From contig CBFGJX010000005.1 of assembly GCA_965649225.1 (NCBI GenBank), forward strand, positions 32,001 to 96,000: a stretch of 64,000 bases of DNA, written 5' to 3'. The notes under the pieces were generated by a model. The model was not told where the DNA came from. It saw only the letters and a list, made by a program, of their open reading frames with translations, and did no database searches. Made by a program: the position numbers and the translations under genes. The DNA comes from a candidate division WOR-3 bacterium (GTDB lineage: Bacteria > Hydrothermota > Tepidihabitantia > Tepidihabitantales > Tepidihabitantaceae). This document shows positions 1-8,582 of the stretch, in pieces; within the stretch, counting starts at the first letter, position 1, and each line of letters opens with the position of its first letter.

Positions 1-217
1 CACGCCGCCTGAGTCGGTCGAACTCGGCCGGGCTGTAGAAGAAATAGCTGCGGCCGTTGATTTCGCCCCGGCGGCGGGGTCGGGTTGTTGCCGATACCGA
101 GTAAACGATTTCGGGGTCCCGGGCAACGACACGACGGCAGATGCTGGTCTTGCCGGCTCCGGACGGTGAGGAGACAACGACAAGGAACGGGCGGTGCCGG
201 GGGCGGTTACTCGACAT
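1..217 (-). CDS. gmk: Guanylate kinase (5' part; runs off window start)
   Basis: Manual translation from ATG 217: [29 protein letters not shown]...YSVSATTRPRRRGEINGRSYFF, containing the P-loop and the GMK TTR.PR.GE..G..Y.F motif; follows yicC as usual. Not in the ORF track. Confidence 0.95.
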   Translation of the reverse strand, partial: MSSNRPRHRPFLVVVSSPSGAGKTSICRRVVARDPEIVYSVSATTRPRRRGEINGRSYFFYSPAEFDRLRRR

Positions 218-1082
218 TGCGAACCTGCTCCTTGAGCTTCTCAATCTCACCCTTGATCTCAATTGCCCGGCGTGAGATTACCATATCGCGGGCCTTGGCG
301 GCGAGTGTGTCGGTCTCGCGCAGCATTTCCTGAGTGATGAAGTCCAGTTTTTTGCCCGAGGTTGCGGCACTGCGGAGGGCGCGCCGGAACATCGCACAGT
401 GGCTTTTCAAGCGGACGCATTCTTCGTGGATGTCGACTTTTTCGCTGATGAAGGCGATTTCTTCAAGAATCCGTTTTGGCGCCGCCTCGACCCCCAGTTC
501 CTTGACCTGGCACAGCAGGTTGTCACGTCGTTCCTTGAGGCGTTCCGGAACACGGCGTTCGATGGCAGCGAGGGCCCGCTGGATACGAGCGATGCGACCG
601 CGCAGGTCGCGAACCAGGGCCACACCCTCAGTTTTCTTCATCTCGATAAGCCGGCTGATAGCGGTATTGATGACCGGCCGGCATGCCCGCCACAGCCGGC
701 TGTGACTGGCGTCAGCCTTCTCTGTTGTTACGACGCCGGGAAAACCGAGCACGTCGCGCAGTTCCGGTTCACCTTTCAGGCCGTAGCGGCGCCGCAGTTC
801 CCGGGCCAGCGTCAGATACTCTTTCGCTAGCTGGTGGTTCAGGCGCAGACGGGCCATCGCCGGTTGCTCATCCAGATAGACACCGAACTGGATGTAGCCG
901 CGTCGAATCCGGCGGCGAACCAGCTCACGGACCTGGCCTTCATAGCCGCCCAGCGCCGGCGGCAGCCGTGGTACGATTTCGAGGAACTTGTGATTCACGG
1001 AACGGATATCGACGGCGAGATGGCTGTGCCAGGGCTTGAGGGTTGCCTCGGCGCGGCCGACGCCGGTCATGCTGCGGATCAT
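207..1082 (-). CDS. yicC: YicC/YloC family endoribonuclease
   Basis: N-term [21 protein letters not shown]-term [21 protein letters not shown]...[11 protein letters not shown]. Confidence 0.95.
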   Translation of the reverse strand: MIRSMTGVGRAEATLKPWHSHLAVDIRSVNHKFLEIVPRLPPALGGYEGQVRELVRRRIRRGYIQFGVYLDEQPAMARLRLNHQLAKEYLTLARELRRRYGLKGEPELRDVLGFPGVVTTEKADASHSRLWRACRPVINTAISRLIEMKKTEGVALVRDLRGRIARIQRALAAIERRVPERLKERRDNLLCQVKELGVEAAPKRILEEIAFISEKVDIHEECVRLKSHCAMFRRALRSAATSGKKLDFITQEMLRETDTLAAKARDMVISRRAIEIKGEIEKLKEQVRNVE

Positions 1083-1534
1083 GCTGCGGTTACCTCCGGT
1101 TCATCCAGAATCAGTGTGACCGGTCCGTCGTTGACCAGCTCGACTTGCATGTGAGCACCGAAGCGGCCGGTACGGACCGGTACACCCAGGCAGCCGAGTT
1201 CGGATGCGAACCGCGCACACAGTTCGGCGGCACGTGTCGGTTCGCCGGCCCGCGTAAACGACGGCCGCAGCCCGCGGCTGGTGTCGGCATACAGGGTGAA
1301 CTGTGAGACAACCAGCGCGGCACCGCCAACATCAAGCAGTGAGCGATTCATCCGGTCCTGGTCGTCGGCGAAGATTCGCAGGCGCGCGATCTTCGAGGCC
1401 AGCCGGCGGCAGATTGTCTCATTGTCGTCCGGTGCGACAGCGAGCAGAATCAGCAGTCCCGGACCGATGGCACCGACTGTTTCGGTGCCGACCAGCACCC
1501 GGGCTGAGCTGACACGTTGCAGTACGGCGCGCAT
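1079..1534 (-). CDS. dtd: D-aminoacyl-tRNA deacylase
   Basis: [40 protein letters not shown]. Confidence 0.97.
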   Translation of the reverse strand: MRAVLQRVSSARVLVGTETVGAIGPGLLILLAVAPDDNETICRRLASKIARLRIFADDQDRMNRSLLDVGGAALVVSQFTLYADTSRGLRPSFTRAGEPTRAAELCARFASELGCLGVPVRTGRFGAHMQVELVNDGPVTLILDEPEVTAA

Positions 1535-2140
1535 CTAGCGTTTGTGGATGGCACGGACAAGCGCTCCGATCAGCCGCTGTCCCTGCCTGGCGTCACTGGC
1601 GGTGATGAATGGGCCGTCAACGACCAGTTGGCGAAAACTGAATCGGGCGCCGGCCTTTGTCAGCATCTGGCGGGCATTACGGTCTTGAAAGACAGCGGCC
1701 CGTCGTCCGACGAGGACACCGGCACGAGCCAGGGCAATCGGAGCGATTCCCAGCGCCGCCACCGGCCGACCGGCGGCAGCGAATTCCCGACAGCGGACGT
1801 GGAGCAGTGAATCGTCCCAGTGCAACACCATGCCCGGTCCGCCAACGAGTACCAGCGCGGCGAAACTGTCTGCCGGCAGCGCGGCCAGCGACCGATCCGG
1901 CCGGATGATTACCCGGCCGGTGCTGATGGCTGTGGCAGTGTCGATGCTCGTCACCGTTACCGTAAACCCGTGGCGCGCCAGGGCGGTGGACAGGGCCTCG
2001 TACTCGTCGTCGGCAAAAAACTGGCGGGGCAGGAACAGTGCTACCGGCAGTTGCGGGCCGGAGTCAGCGGCGTCAACAGCGCTCGCGCCAGCCAGCACAA
2101 CGATCAGGGCGATGATTCGCAAGGACACAAACACAAGCAT
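1535..2140 (-). CDS. DJ-1/PfpI family protein with signal peptide; nucleophile Cys appears absent
   Basis: FFADDEY, LVLVGGPG, VAALGIAP, VVDGPFITA motifs; hydrophobic N-terminus ending A-V-D-A. True start may be GTG 2128. Confidence 0.85.
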   Translation of the reverse strand: MLVFVSLRIIALIVVLAGASAVDAADSGPQLPVALFLPRQFFADDEYEALSTALARHGFTVTVTSIDTATAISTGRVIIRPDRSLAALPADSFAALVLVGGPGMVLHWDDSLLHVRCREFAAAGRPVAALGIAPIALARAGVLVGRRAAVFQDRNARQMLTKAGARFSFRQLVVDGPFITASDARQGQRLIGALVRAIHKR

Positions 2141-2296
2141 ATTGCCGGTGGCAGTTCAGTCAAGCCGGAGGGTGGACGGATAGATTGGGCTTGACCGTTC
2201 GGTTACCGGGAGGATACAATAACGGAATGAAAGCGCAGCCAGGTTGGCTTGTCCTGCTGAGTGCGGGCAAAACAGTCCCGGCCGGACCGGGGGGTA

Positions 2297-2887
2297 ATGA
2301 GCGCTGATTGCTGCAGCTGGTGCGGTCGGCGCGCCGAACGGTTTTGTCCGGCCGCCGGCGGGCTGGTTTGTTCGCTTTGCTGCGGCCGGAAGCGACGCCG
2401 GATGGTCGACTGTCCGGACGACTGTCGTTATCTGGTGCAGGCCCGTCGGCAGGCGGCAGTGCAGCTGGCGGCGCTGGGGGGAGATCCGGTTGTGGAGCGG
2501 ACCTGGCCGGCGCTGGTGCACAATCTGCGTCTGGCACTGGTGCTCGCCCGCAAGGGCCGGGTAGATGGATTGACCGATGCCGAGGCGCACAAGGCACTGT
2601 CGGGTGCGGCCGATACTTTCCGCGCCCGGGCTCGCGGGGTGATATATGATTTCAAAACCCCGGATTTTCGAGTTCAGCTGGTTGCCGACGAGTTGTTGAG
2701 AGTGGCCGGGCTGCACGAGCGCGGCGAACAGGGTTTTCAGCTCTGCCGTGCCGACGACATCAGGTCGGTACTTTCGTATCTGGCACGACTGGCCGAGCGG
2801 TCGGTCGCAGCTGGTCGCGGACCGGGGCACTTTCTGGAATTGTGTTTGCTGGGAACAGGGCGCGATTTTCTGCGGAGTAACCATTGA
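2297..2887 (+). CDS. Hypothetical protein with N-terminal Cys-rich putative Zn-binding domain
   Basis: CCSWC..CPA..CSLCCG..CPDDCRYL cluster then helical region; stop overlaps the next gene start. Start uncertain (2261 or 2297). Confidence 0.7.
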   Translation: MSADCCSWCGRRAERFCPAAGGLVCSLCCGRKRRRMVDCPDDCRYLVQARRQAAVQLAALGGDPVVERTWPALVHNLRLALVLARKGRVDGLTDAEAHKALSGAADTFRARARGVIYDFKTPDFRVQLVADELLRVAGLHERGEQGFQLCRADDIRSVLSYLARLAERSVAAGRGPGHFLELCLLGTGRDFLRSNH

Positions 2888-3093
2888 AGCGGACTTTCGA
2901 CGAAAACAGCACGATTGAGGAGATTCTTGCGGCAGCGCCGGCGGCGGCACGAGTTCTGGTGGAGTTTGGGATGCCCTGCTTTGTCTGCGGTGAGCCGGTA
3001 TGGGGTACGGTCGGCGAGTTGTGCCGGAAGTACGACAAAGACGTCGCGGTTGTCTTGGACCGGCTCAATCGGCTTGCTGCTGGTCGAAACTGA
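2884..3093 (+). CDS. DUF1858-like small protein
   Basis: STIEEIL..P.AARVLVEFGMPCFVC....WGTVGELC..Y pattern typical of DUF1858. Confidence 0.8.
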   Translation: MKRTFDENSTIEEILAAAPAAARVLVEFGMPCFVCGEPVWGTVGELCRKYDKDVAVVLDRLNRLAAGRN

Positions 3094-3213
3094 CCGGCCA
3101 ACGGCCGGGCCGGGGACTGCGTCTGAGTAAGTGTTAGCTGACGGTTCGGCGACCAGACAACTTTGGGAGGTATCCCGCTGCCGACCGCGAAAGCGAACAG
3201 GAGGTGATTTTCG

Positions 3214-4731
3214 ATGACCAAGAGAATTTCATTCGGTCTGGTCGGAATGATTGTGGCGCCGGCGGTTCTGGTTGCCTTTGTCATCGGTGTGATTGCCGGC
3301 GGAGTGATCCGGTTGGGGCCGAGGTCGGCTCGGGCAGAGGATTTTCAGTTTGCCCGTGCCCCTGCTGGATTGACTGATGTCGAACGAAGTCCTTTTGTGC
3401 GTGTGGCGGAACTGGTACTGCCGACGGTTGTGCATATATCGGCGGAACGGGTGGTTCGGGCTGCCGGGCGGTCCGGACAGAGCCAGCCGCAGAGTCCGCT
3501 GGAAGAGCTGTTTCGCGATTTCTTCCGCGACTTTCCGGAAATGCCCACCGAGCGTCAGACCAGTGCTCTGGGGTCGGGGGTTATTGTCAGTCCGGCCGGC
3601 TATATCGTCACGAATAACCATGTCATCGCCGGTTTTGACCGGATCAGCGTTCGACTGCACGATGGCACTGAATTCAAGGGCCGGAGTGTAAAGGTAGTTG
3701 GGCGGGACCCGAAGACCGATCTGGCAGTATTGAAGATCGAAAGCGACAAGCCGTTGCCGGCGATCGCGCTGGCCGATACCAATGACATTCGGGTCGGTGA
3801 GTGGGCAATTGCTGTCGGCAATCCGTTTGGTCTGGAAGGGACGGTTACCATCGGGGTGATCTCGGCCAAAGGACGGTCCGGCTTGCCATTACCGGAAGGC
3901 CCCAGCTATCAGGATTTCATTCAAACCGATGCCTCAATCAATCCCGGCAACTCGGGCGGAGCGCTGGTTAACATCCGGGGCGAGCTGATTGGTATCAATT
4001 CGGCAATCCGTTCCCCGGTCGGGGTAAATGTCGGCATTGGTTTTGCGGTGCCGGTTGATCTGGTTCGACCGGTTGTCGAACAGCTGATCAAGCAGGGTCG
4101 GGTCGTCCGCGGCTATATGGGAATCAGGCCTCAGGAAGTGACCGAGACAATTCGCAAGGCGATGGGGCTTGAGGACACCCGTGGGGTACTGGTGGCGGAG
4201 GTTGTTGCCGGCGCCCCGGCTGAGGGCGCCGGGCTGAAGCCGGGCGATGTAATTGTCCAGGTTGATGGCGTCAAAACCGAGGGAGTGGAGCATTTCCGGC
4301 GTCAGATCGCGGCACTGGCACCCGGGACAACGGTTACTCTGTCGGTGGTGCGAGACGGCCGAAGATTGACGAAGTCTGTTAAGCTGGTGGAATTCCCGGA
4401 AGACGAGCAGCAGTCCGGCAGACCGGCGGTCGATGATAACGGCGGCAGTCTGGGAATGACAGTGCGTTCGCTTACCGCCGAGGAACGGGCAAATCTCAAG
4501 ATCAGCTCAGGGGTAGTTGTGGAGAATGTTGCAGCCGGAGGAGCGGCGGCAAGTGCCGGTGTTCAGCGCGGCGATGTGATAATGCAGGTGGCGGGCGAGG
4601 ATGTCAGCAGTCCGGCCGATTTCGCCCGACTTGTGCGGCAGCAGCAGGGTAAGGGCCGGCCGGTGCTGCTGCGAATCCGGCGCGGCGGGGCGACACTGTT
4701 TATCGCCGTTGACGTTGATACCGAAGAATAG
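3214..4731 (+). CDS. degP: Do/DegP (HtrA) serine endoprotease with two PDZ domains
   Basis: GSGVI, VTNNHV (His), DLAVLK (Asp), INPGNSGG (Ser), two PDZ domains; SD aggagg upstream. Confidence 0.95.
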   Translation: MTKRISFGLVGMIVAPAVLVAFVIGVIAGGVIRLGPRSARAEDFQFARAPAGLTDVERSPFVRVAELVLPTVVHISAERVVRAAGRSGQSQPQSPLEELFRDFFRDFPEMPTERQTSALGSGVIVSPAGYIVTNNHVIAGFDRISVRLHDGTEFKGRSVKVVGRDPKTDLAVLKIESDKPLPAIALADTNDIRVGEWAIAVGNPFGLEGTVTIGVISAKGRSGLPLPEGPSYQDFIQTDASINPGNSGGALVNIRGELIGINSAIRSPVGVNVGIGFAVPVDLVRPVVEQLIKQGRVVRGYMGIRPQEVTETIRKAMGLEDTRGVLVAEVVAGAPAEGAGLKPGDVIVQVDGVKTEGVEHFRRQIAALAPGTTVTLSVVRDGRRLTKSVKLVEFPEDEQQSGRPAVDDNGGSLGMTVRSLTAEERANLKISSGVVVENVAAGGAAASAGVQRGDVIMQVAGEDVSSPADFARLVRQQQGKGRPVLLRIRRGGATLFIAVDVDTEE

Positions 4732-4750
4732 GGGCTGCGACTGGCAGATG

Positions 4751-4779
4751 TTGACCGGTGGCGGCTTTTGGGTAAGAAT
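4751..4779 (+). promoter_or_regulatory. Putative sigma70 promoter for folD leader/operon
   Basis: TTGACC 4751-4756, 16 nt, then TAAGAAT. Confidence 0.45.
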
Positions 4780-4947
4780 GGGCAAGAGCGAAAGGAGCAG
4801 CTAGCGACCAATACACCGTCCTGAATGGACAACCCGGAAGCGACACGGACCGAAACCGGTCCGGACAGTGTGGTAGTAGATACTGAACCTCGGTGGCGTC
4901 AGCCCCGGGTGGGATTTTGCCCGGCGGATTGCACCGCCGGGTTCTCT
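4780..4947 (+). ncRNA. Candidate structured RNA or leader upstream of folD (family not identified)
   Basis: Pairings seen by eye: gggcaaga/ttttgccc, tacaccgtcc/ggacagtgtg, ggaccg-aaac-cggtcc, acctcgg..ccgggt, and cccggcgg-attgca-ccgccggg followed by ttctct. Confidence 0.4.
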
Positions 4948-4961
4948 GTGGAGGCTTGTTT

Positions 4962-5840
4962 TTGAGTGCTGTAATCATCGATGGCCGCAGGATTGCCAAG
5001 ACTATTCGCGCTGAGGTGAAGGAGCGCGTCAGCGTTCTGAAACAGCGCGGTATCACTCCCGGATTGCGGATCGTTCTGGTCGGAGATGACCCTGCGTCAC
5101 TGGTGTATGTCGGGGCAAAGGAGAAGGCCGGGAATGAGGTCGGGATTGACTGTCAGATTGTTCGACTGCAGGCTGAGTCAGCGCTGGACGATATCGGGGC
5201 GGTGGTGGAACAGTGCAGCAGCGACCCGGCGGTGCACGGTGTGATAGTGCAGTTGCCGCTTCCCGGCAGGCTTGACCACCACGTTGTGCTGGACCGACTT
5301 GATCCGACCAAGGATGTTGACGGGCTGACGGCGCGCAGTCTCGGCGCTCTGGTTTCCGGCCGGAACGGGTTTCGTCCCGCCACGCCGGCGGGGATTATCG
5401 AGTTGCTCGACCGTTACGGTTTTTCGCCGGCCGGGAAACGGGTCGTTATTGTTGGCCGCAGCGAACTCGTTGGCAAGCCATTGGCTAATCTACTGCTGCT
5501 GCGTGGAGCACGGGGCGACGCTACCGTGACAGTCTGTCACACCCGGACTGCTGATCTTGCTGCAATGACCCGCACTGCCGAAATCCTGGTGCTGGCAGCA
5601 GGGCAGCCGAGGCTGGTGACGGGCGAGATGGTCAGCGAGGGGGTGGTCGTGGTCGACGCCGGCGTGAACCGGGTCGAGGACCGTCTTGGCAGACGTCTGG
5701 TCGGCGATGCGGATTTTGAAACGGTGGTCCAGCGTGCCGCGGCCATTACCCCGGTGCCGGGCGGGGTCGGGCCGATGACAGTGGCGATGCTGCTGCTGAA
5801 TACGGTGATTGCGGCGGAGGAGAGTGTCGGAAAGGGTTAA
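4962..5840 (+). CDS. folD: Methylenetetrahydrofolate dehydrogenase/cyclohydrolase
   Basis: IIDGRRIA, VGDDPASLVYV, QLPLP, KDVDG, GRSELVGKP, TPVPGGVGPMTVAMLL; TTG start at 4962 with ggagg SD at 4950-4954. Confidence 0.96.
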   Translation: MSAVIIDGRRIAKTIRAEVKERVSVLKQRGITPGLRIVLVGDDPASLVYVGAKEKAGNEVGIDCQIVRLQAESALDDIGAVVEQCSSDPAVHGVIVQLPLPGRLDHHVVLDRLDPTKDVDGLTARSLGALVSGRNGFRPATPAGIIELLDRYGFSPAGKRVVIVGRSELVGKPLANLLLLRGARGDATVTVCHTRTADLAAMTRTAEILVLAAGQPRLVTGEMVSEGVVVVDAGVNRVEDRLGRRLVGDADFETVVQRAAAITPVPGGVGPMTVAMLLLNTVIAAEESVGKG

Positions 5841-5843
5841 TGC

Positions 5844-6716
5844 GTGAAAGCTGGACTGGAAGCTGCAGAGCCGGCAGAGGTCATGGCGGCAATCGCCGCC
5901 GACCGACGACTGATTGACCGCGAGCTGGACCGGCGGTTACGTTTCGGCCGCGAGGTGCCGGCTCGGCTGGCCTTGGCGATGCGTTATGCTGCACTGGGGC
6001 CGGGCAAGAGAATCCGACCGGTTCTGGCACTGTGGGCGTTCCGTGCAGCGGGTGGACGACGCGATGAACACGTGTTGCCCTTCTGTTGCGGAATCGAGAT
6101 GATCCACGCTTTCTCACTGGTGCACGATGACCTGCCGAGCATGGACAACGACGATTATCGTCGCGGCCGGCTCAGTCTCCATCGCCGATTCGATGAAGCG
6201 ACGGCGATACTCGCGGCCGACGGATTGCTGGCCTTTGCGTTCGAGACCTTTGCCTCCAGCCCGGCGCCGGCTGCACGCAAGATCCGGGCCGTAACGCTGG
6301 TGAGCCGGGCGATTGGCCCGGCCGGGATGACCGGTGGTCAGGTTCTGGACATCGCCGCCGGTCCGGCAGCAATGCGCCGAGTTGCGGAGACTCAACGCAA
6401 GAAGACGGCGGATTTTATCGCTGCGGCGTTGACGGCGGGTGTTGCCATCGCCGGGGCCGGGTTGCGGCGCCAGCGGGCGGTTTGGCAAGCGGGCTTGGAT
6501 CTCGGCCTCCTGTTTCAATACACCGACGACCTGCTTGATGCCGAGCAGGCCAGCGACGGCATGCGGCCAACGATGGTCAACCGCTACGGCATTGAAGGGA
6601 CGCGCCGGCGGGCTCTGCTTGCGGCCGAACGGGCCCGGGAGGGGTTTCTGCAGCTGGGGCCGGCGTGGAGACTGGTGGCGGCGTTGCCGGCGCTTTTTCT
6701 CCAGCGACGGAGTTAG
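5844..6716 (+). CDS. ispA: Polyprenyl (farnesyl diphosphate) synthase
   Basis: GKRIRP, SLVHDDLPSMDNDDYRRG, FQYTDDLLD; adjacent to dxs. Confidence 0.9.
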   Translation: MKAGLEAAEPAEVMAAIAADRRLIDRELDRRLRFGREVPARLALAMRYAALGPGKRIRPVLALWAFRAAGGRRDEHVLPFCCGIEMIHAFSLVHDDLPSMDNDDYRRGRLSLHRRFDEATAILAADGLLAFAFETFASSPAPAARKIRAVTLVSRAIGPAGMTGGQVLDIAAGPAAMRRVAETQRKKTADFIAAALTAGVAIAGAGLRRQRAVWQAGLDLGLLFQYTDDLLDAEQASDGMRPTMVNRYGIEGTRRRALLAAERAREGFLQLGPAWRLVAALPALFLQRRS

Positions 6717-6719
6717 TCG

Positions 6720-8582
6720 ATGACGTTGCTCGATCAGGTTCAGTCGCCGGCTGACCTGCGGCGGATGAGTATCGCTCAGCTGCAGACGCTTGCCGGTGAA
6801 ATACGGCAGTTGATAATCGAAACCACTGCGCGTAATGGTGGTCATACTGCCCCCAGTCTCGGAGTCGTCGAGTTGACGATTGCGCTGCATCGGGTGTTCG
6901 ACACTCCACATGATCTGGTTGTCTGGGATGTCGGGCACCAGTGCTATGCCCACAAGATCATTACCGGGCGCAAGGATCGTTTTCCGACGCTGCGGCAGCA
7001 GGGTGGGATTGCCGGGTTTCCCAAACGGGGTGAAAGTGTCTATGACGTCTGGGATACCGGGCACTCGGGCGATTCGATTTCCGTGGCACTGGGGCTGGCA
7101 GCCGCCGCGCGGCTGCGCGGCGAGCGGCGCCGGGCAGTGGCGGTGATTGGCGACGGCTCAGCAGCAGCCGGTCTGGCCTTTGAGGGTCTGAATCATGCCG
7201 GTTCGGCCGGACTGGATGTCACGGTTGTGTTGAACGACAACGAGATGTCAATCGGGCCGACTACCGGCGCGCTGGCGACGTATCTGAACCGGATAATTAC
7301 CGGCAAGATGTACAACCGGCTGCGGGCCGATGTCTGGAATCTGCTTGGTCTGTTGCCGTCTGACCTCAGTGGCCGGTCGCGACTGGCAGCCCGGAAGCTT
7401 CAGGAGGGTTTGAAGAATCTCCTGGTGCCAAGTCTGTTGTTTGAGGAGCTTGGTTTTCGCTATCTCGGGCCGGTTGACGGGCACGATCTGCCGCGACTGA
7501 TTGAGATTCTGTCCCGGGCGCGCAGTTTGTCGGGGCCGGTGCTGGTCCATGTTGTCACCCGGAAGGGTCAAGGCTATGAGCCGGCTCGGCGTGAGCCGGA
7601 ACGTTTCCACGGTACCGGTCCGTTTGATCCCCGGAGTGGGAATGCCTGCTCCGGGACGGCTGCAACCTTCACCAGTGCTTTTGGGCGGGCAATAGTCCAG
7701 CTGGCTGAGGGGGATTCACGAATAGTGGCGATTACCGCCGGGATGTGTCTTGGCACCGGTCTTGCCGAGTTTCGGACCCGGTTTCCGGAAAGGTTCTTCG
7801 ATGTCGGTATCTGCGAGCAGCATGCCGTGGTTTTTGCGGCGGCACTTGCTTCGACTGGAATCAGGCCGATTGTCGCGGTCTACTCAACGTTTCTTGCCCG
7901 CGCTGTCGACCAATTGATTGCCGACGTTGCACTACAGCGCGCGCCGGTGGTGCTGGCAGTTGACCGGGCCGGTCTGGTCGGAGAGGATGGACCGACCCAT
8001 CACGGTGTCTTTGACCTCAGTTATCTGCTGATGGTGCCGGAGATGACGGTCATGGCTCCGGCTGATGAATCGGAGTTTGAGTTGATGCTGAAGCACGCGG
8101 TCGGCCATACCGCGGGGCCAGTTGCGCTGCGTTATCCACGCGGTGGTTCCGGTCTGTGCCGGACGCCAGCGCCGGTTGAACATGGCCGGGCCGAAGTGTG
8201 CCGAAACGGTTCCGATGGCTGGATTGTGGCGTTGGGGTCGATGGTCGGCCCGGCGATTGCGGCCGCAGATGCTATTGCCAGTTCCAGTGGGCTGCAGCTG
8301 GGCGTTGTCAATGCCCGTTTCGCAAAGCCGCTGGATCGGGAACTGATTTTGTCGCTGCTGGCATCGGGATTGCCGATTGCAACGGTAGAGGAGAATGTTC
8401 TGAGCGGCGGATTCGGCGATGCCGTTGCCCGACTGAATAGTGTGACGAAGCGGGTGCCGATACTGCAGCTCGGACTGCCGGATGAATTCATTGAGCACGG
8501 GTCGCGCGCGGCACTGCTGGAGCAGGTTGGGCTGGACGCAGTGGGTCTGGCGCAAAGGTTGAGTAGTTTCTTCAGGAAATGA
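6720..8582 (+). CDS. dxs: 1-deoxy-D-xylulose-5-phosphate synthase
   Basis: WDVGHQCYAHK, GDGS..LNDNEMSI, YSTFL, DRAGLVGEDGPTHHG. Confidence 0.97.
   Translation: MTLLDQVQSPADLRRMSIAQLQTLAGEIRQLIIETTARNGGHTAPSLGVVELTIALHRVFDTPHDLVVWDVGHQCYAHKIITGRKDRFPTLRQQGGIAGFPKRGESVYDVWDTGHSGDSISVALGLAAAARLRGERRRAVAVIGDGSAAAGLAFEGLNHAGSAGLDVTVVLNDNEMSIGPTTGALATYLNRIITGKMYNRLRADVWNLLGLLPSDLSGRSRLAARKLQEGLKNLLVPSLLFEELGFRYLGPVDGHDLPRLIEILSRARSLSGPVLVHVVTRKGQGYEPARREPERFHGTGPFDPRSGNACSGTAATFTSAFGRAIVQLAEGDSRIVAITAGMCLGTGLAEFRTRFPERFFDVGICEQHAVVFAAALASTGIRPIVAVYSTFLARAVDQLIADVALQRAPVVLAVDRAGLVGEDGPTHHGVFDLSYLLMVPEMTVMAPADESEFELMLKHAVGHTAGPVALRYPRGGSGLCRTPAPVEHGRAEVCRNGSDGWIVALGSMVGPAIAAADAIASSSGLQLGVVNARFAKPLDRELILSLLASGLPIATVEENVLSGGFGDAVARLNSVTKRVPILQLGLPDEFIEHGSRAALLEQVGLDAVGLAQRLSSFFRK

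Noticed and set aside
2227..2307. 26-codon ORF after a TTGACC/TACAAT-like promoter
   Set aside because: Too short, has no recognisable features, and cannot be distinguished from chance.
4893..4961. N-terminal extension of folD
   Set aside because: The SD at 4950-4954 supports TTG 4962, and the extension covers the hairpin region.
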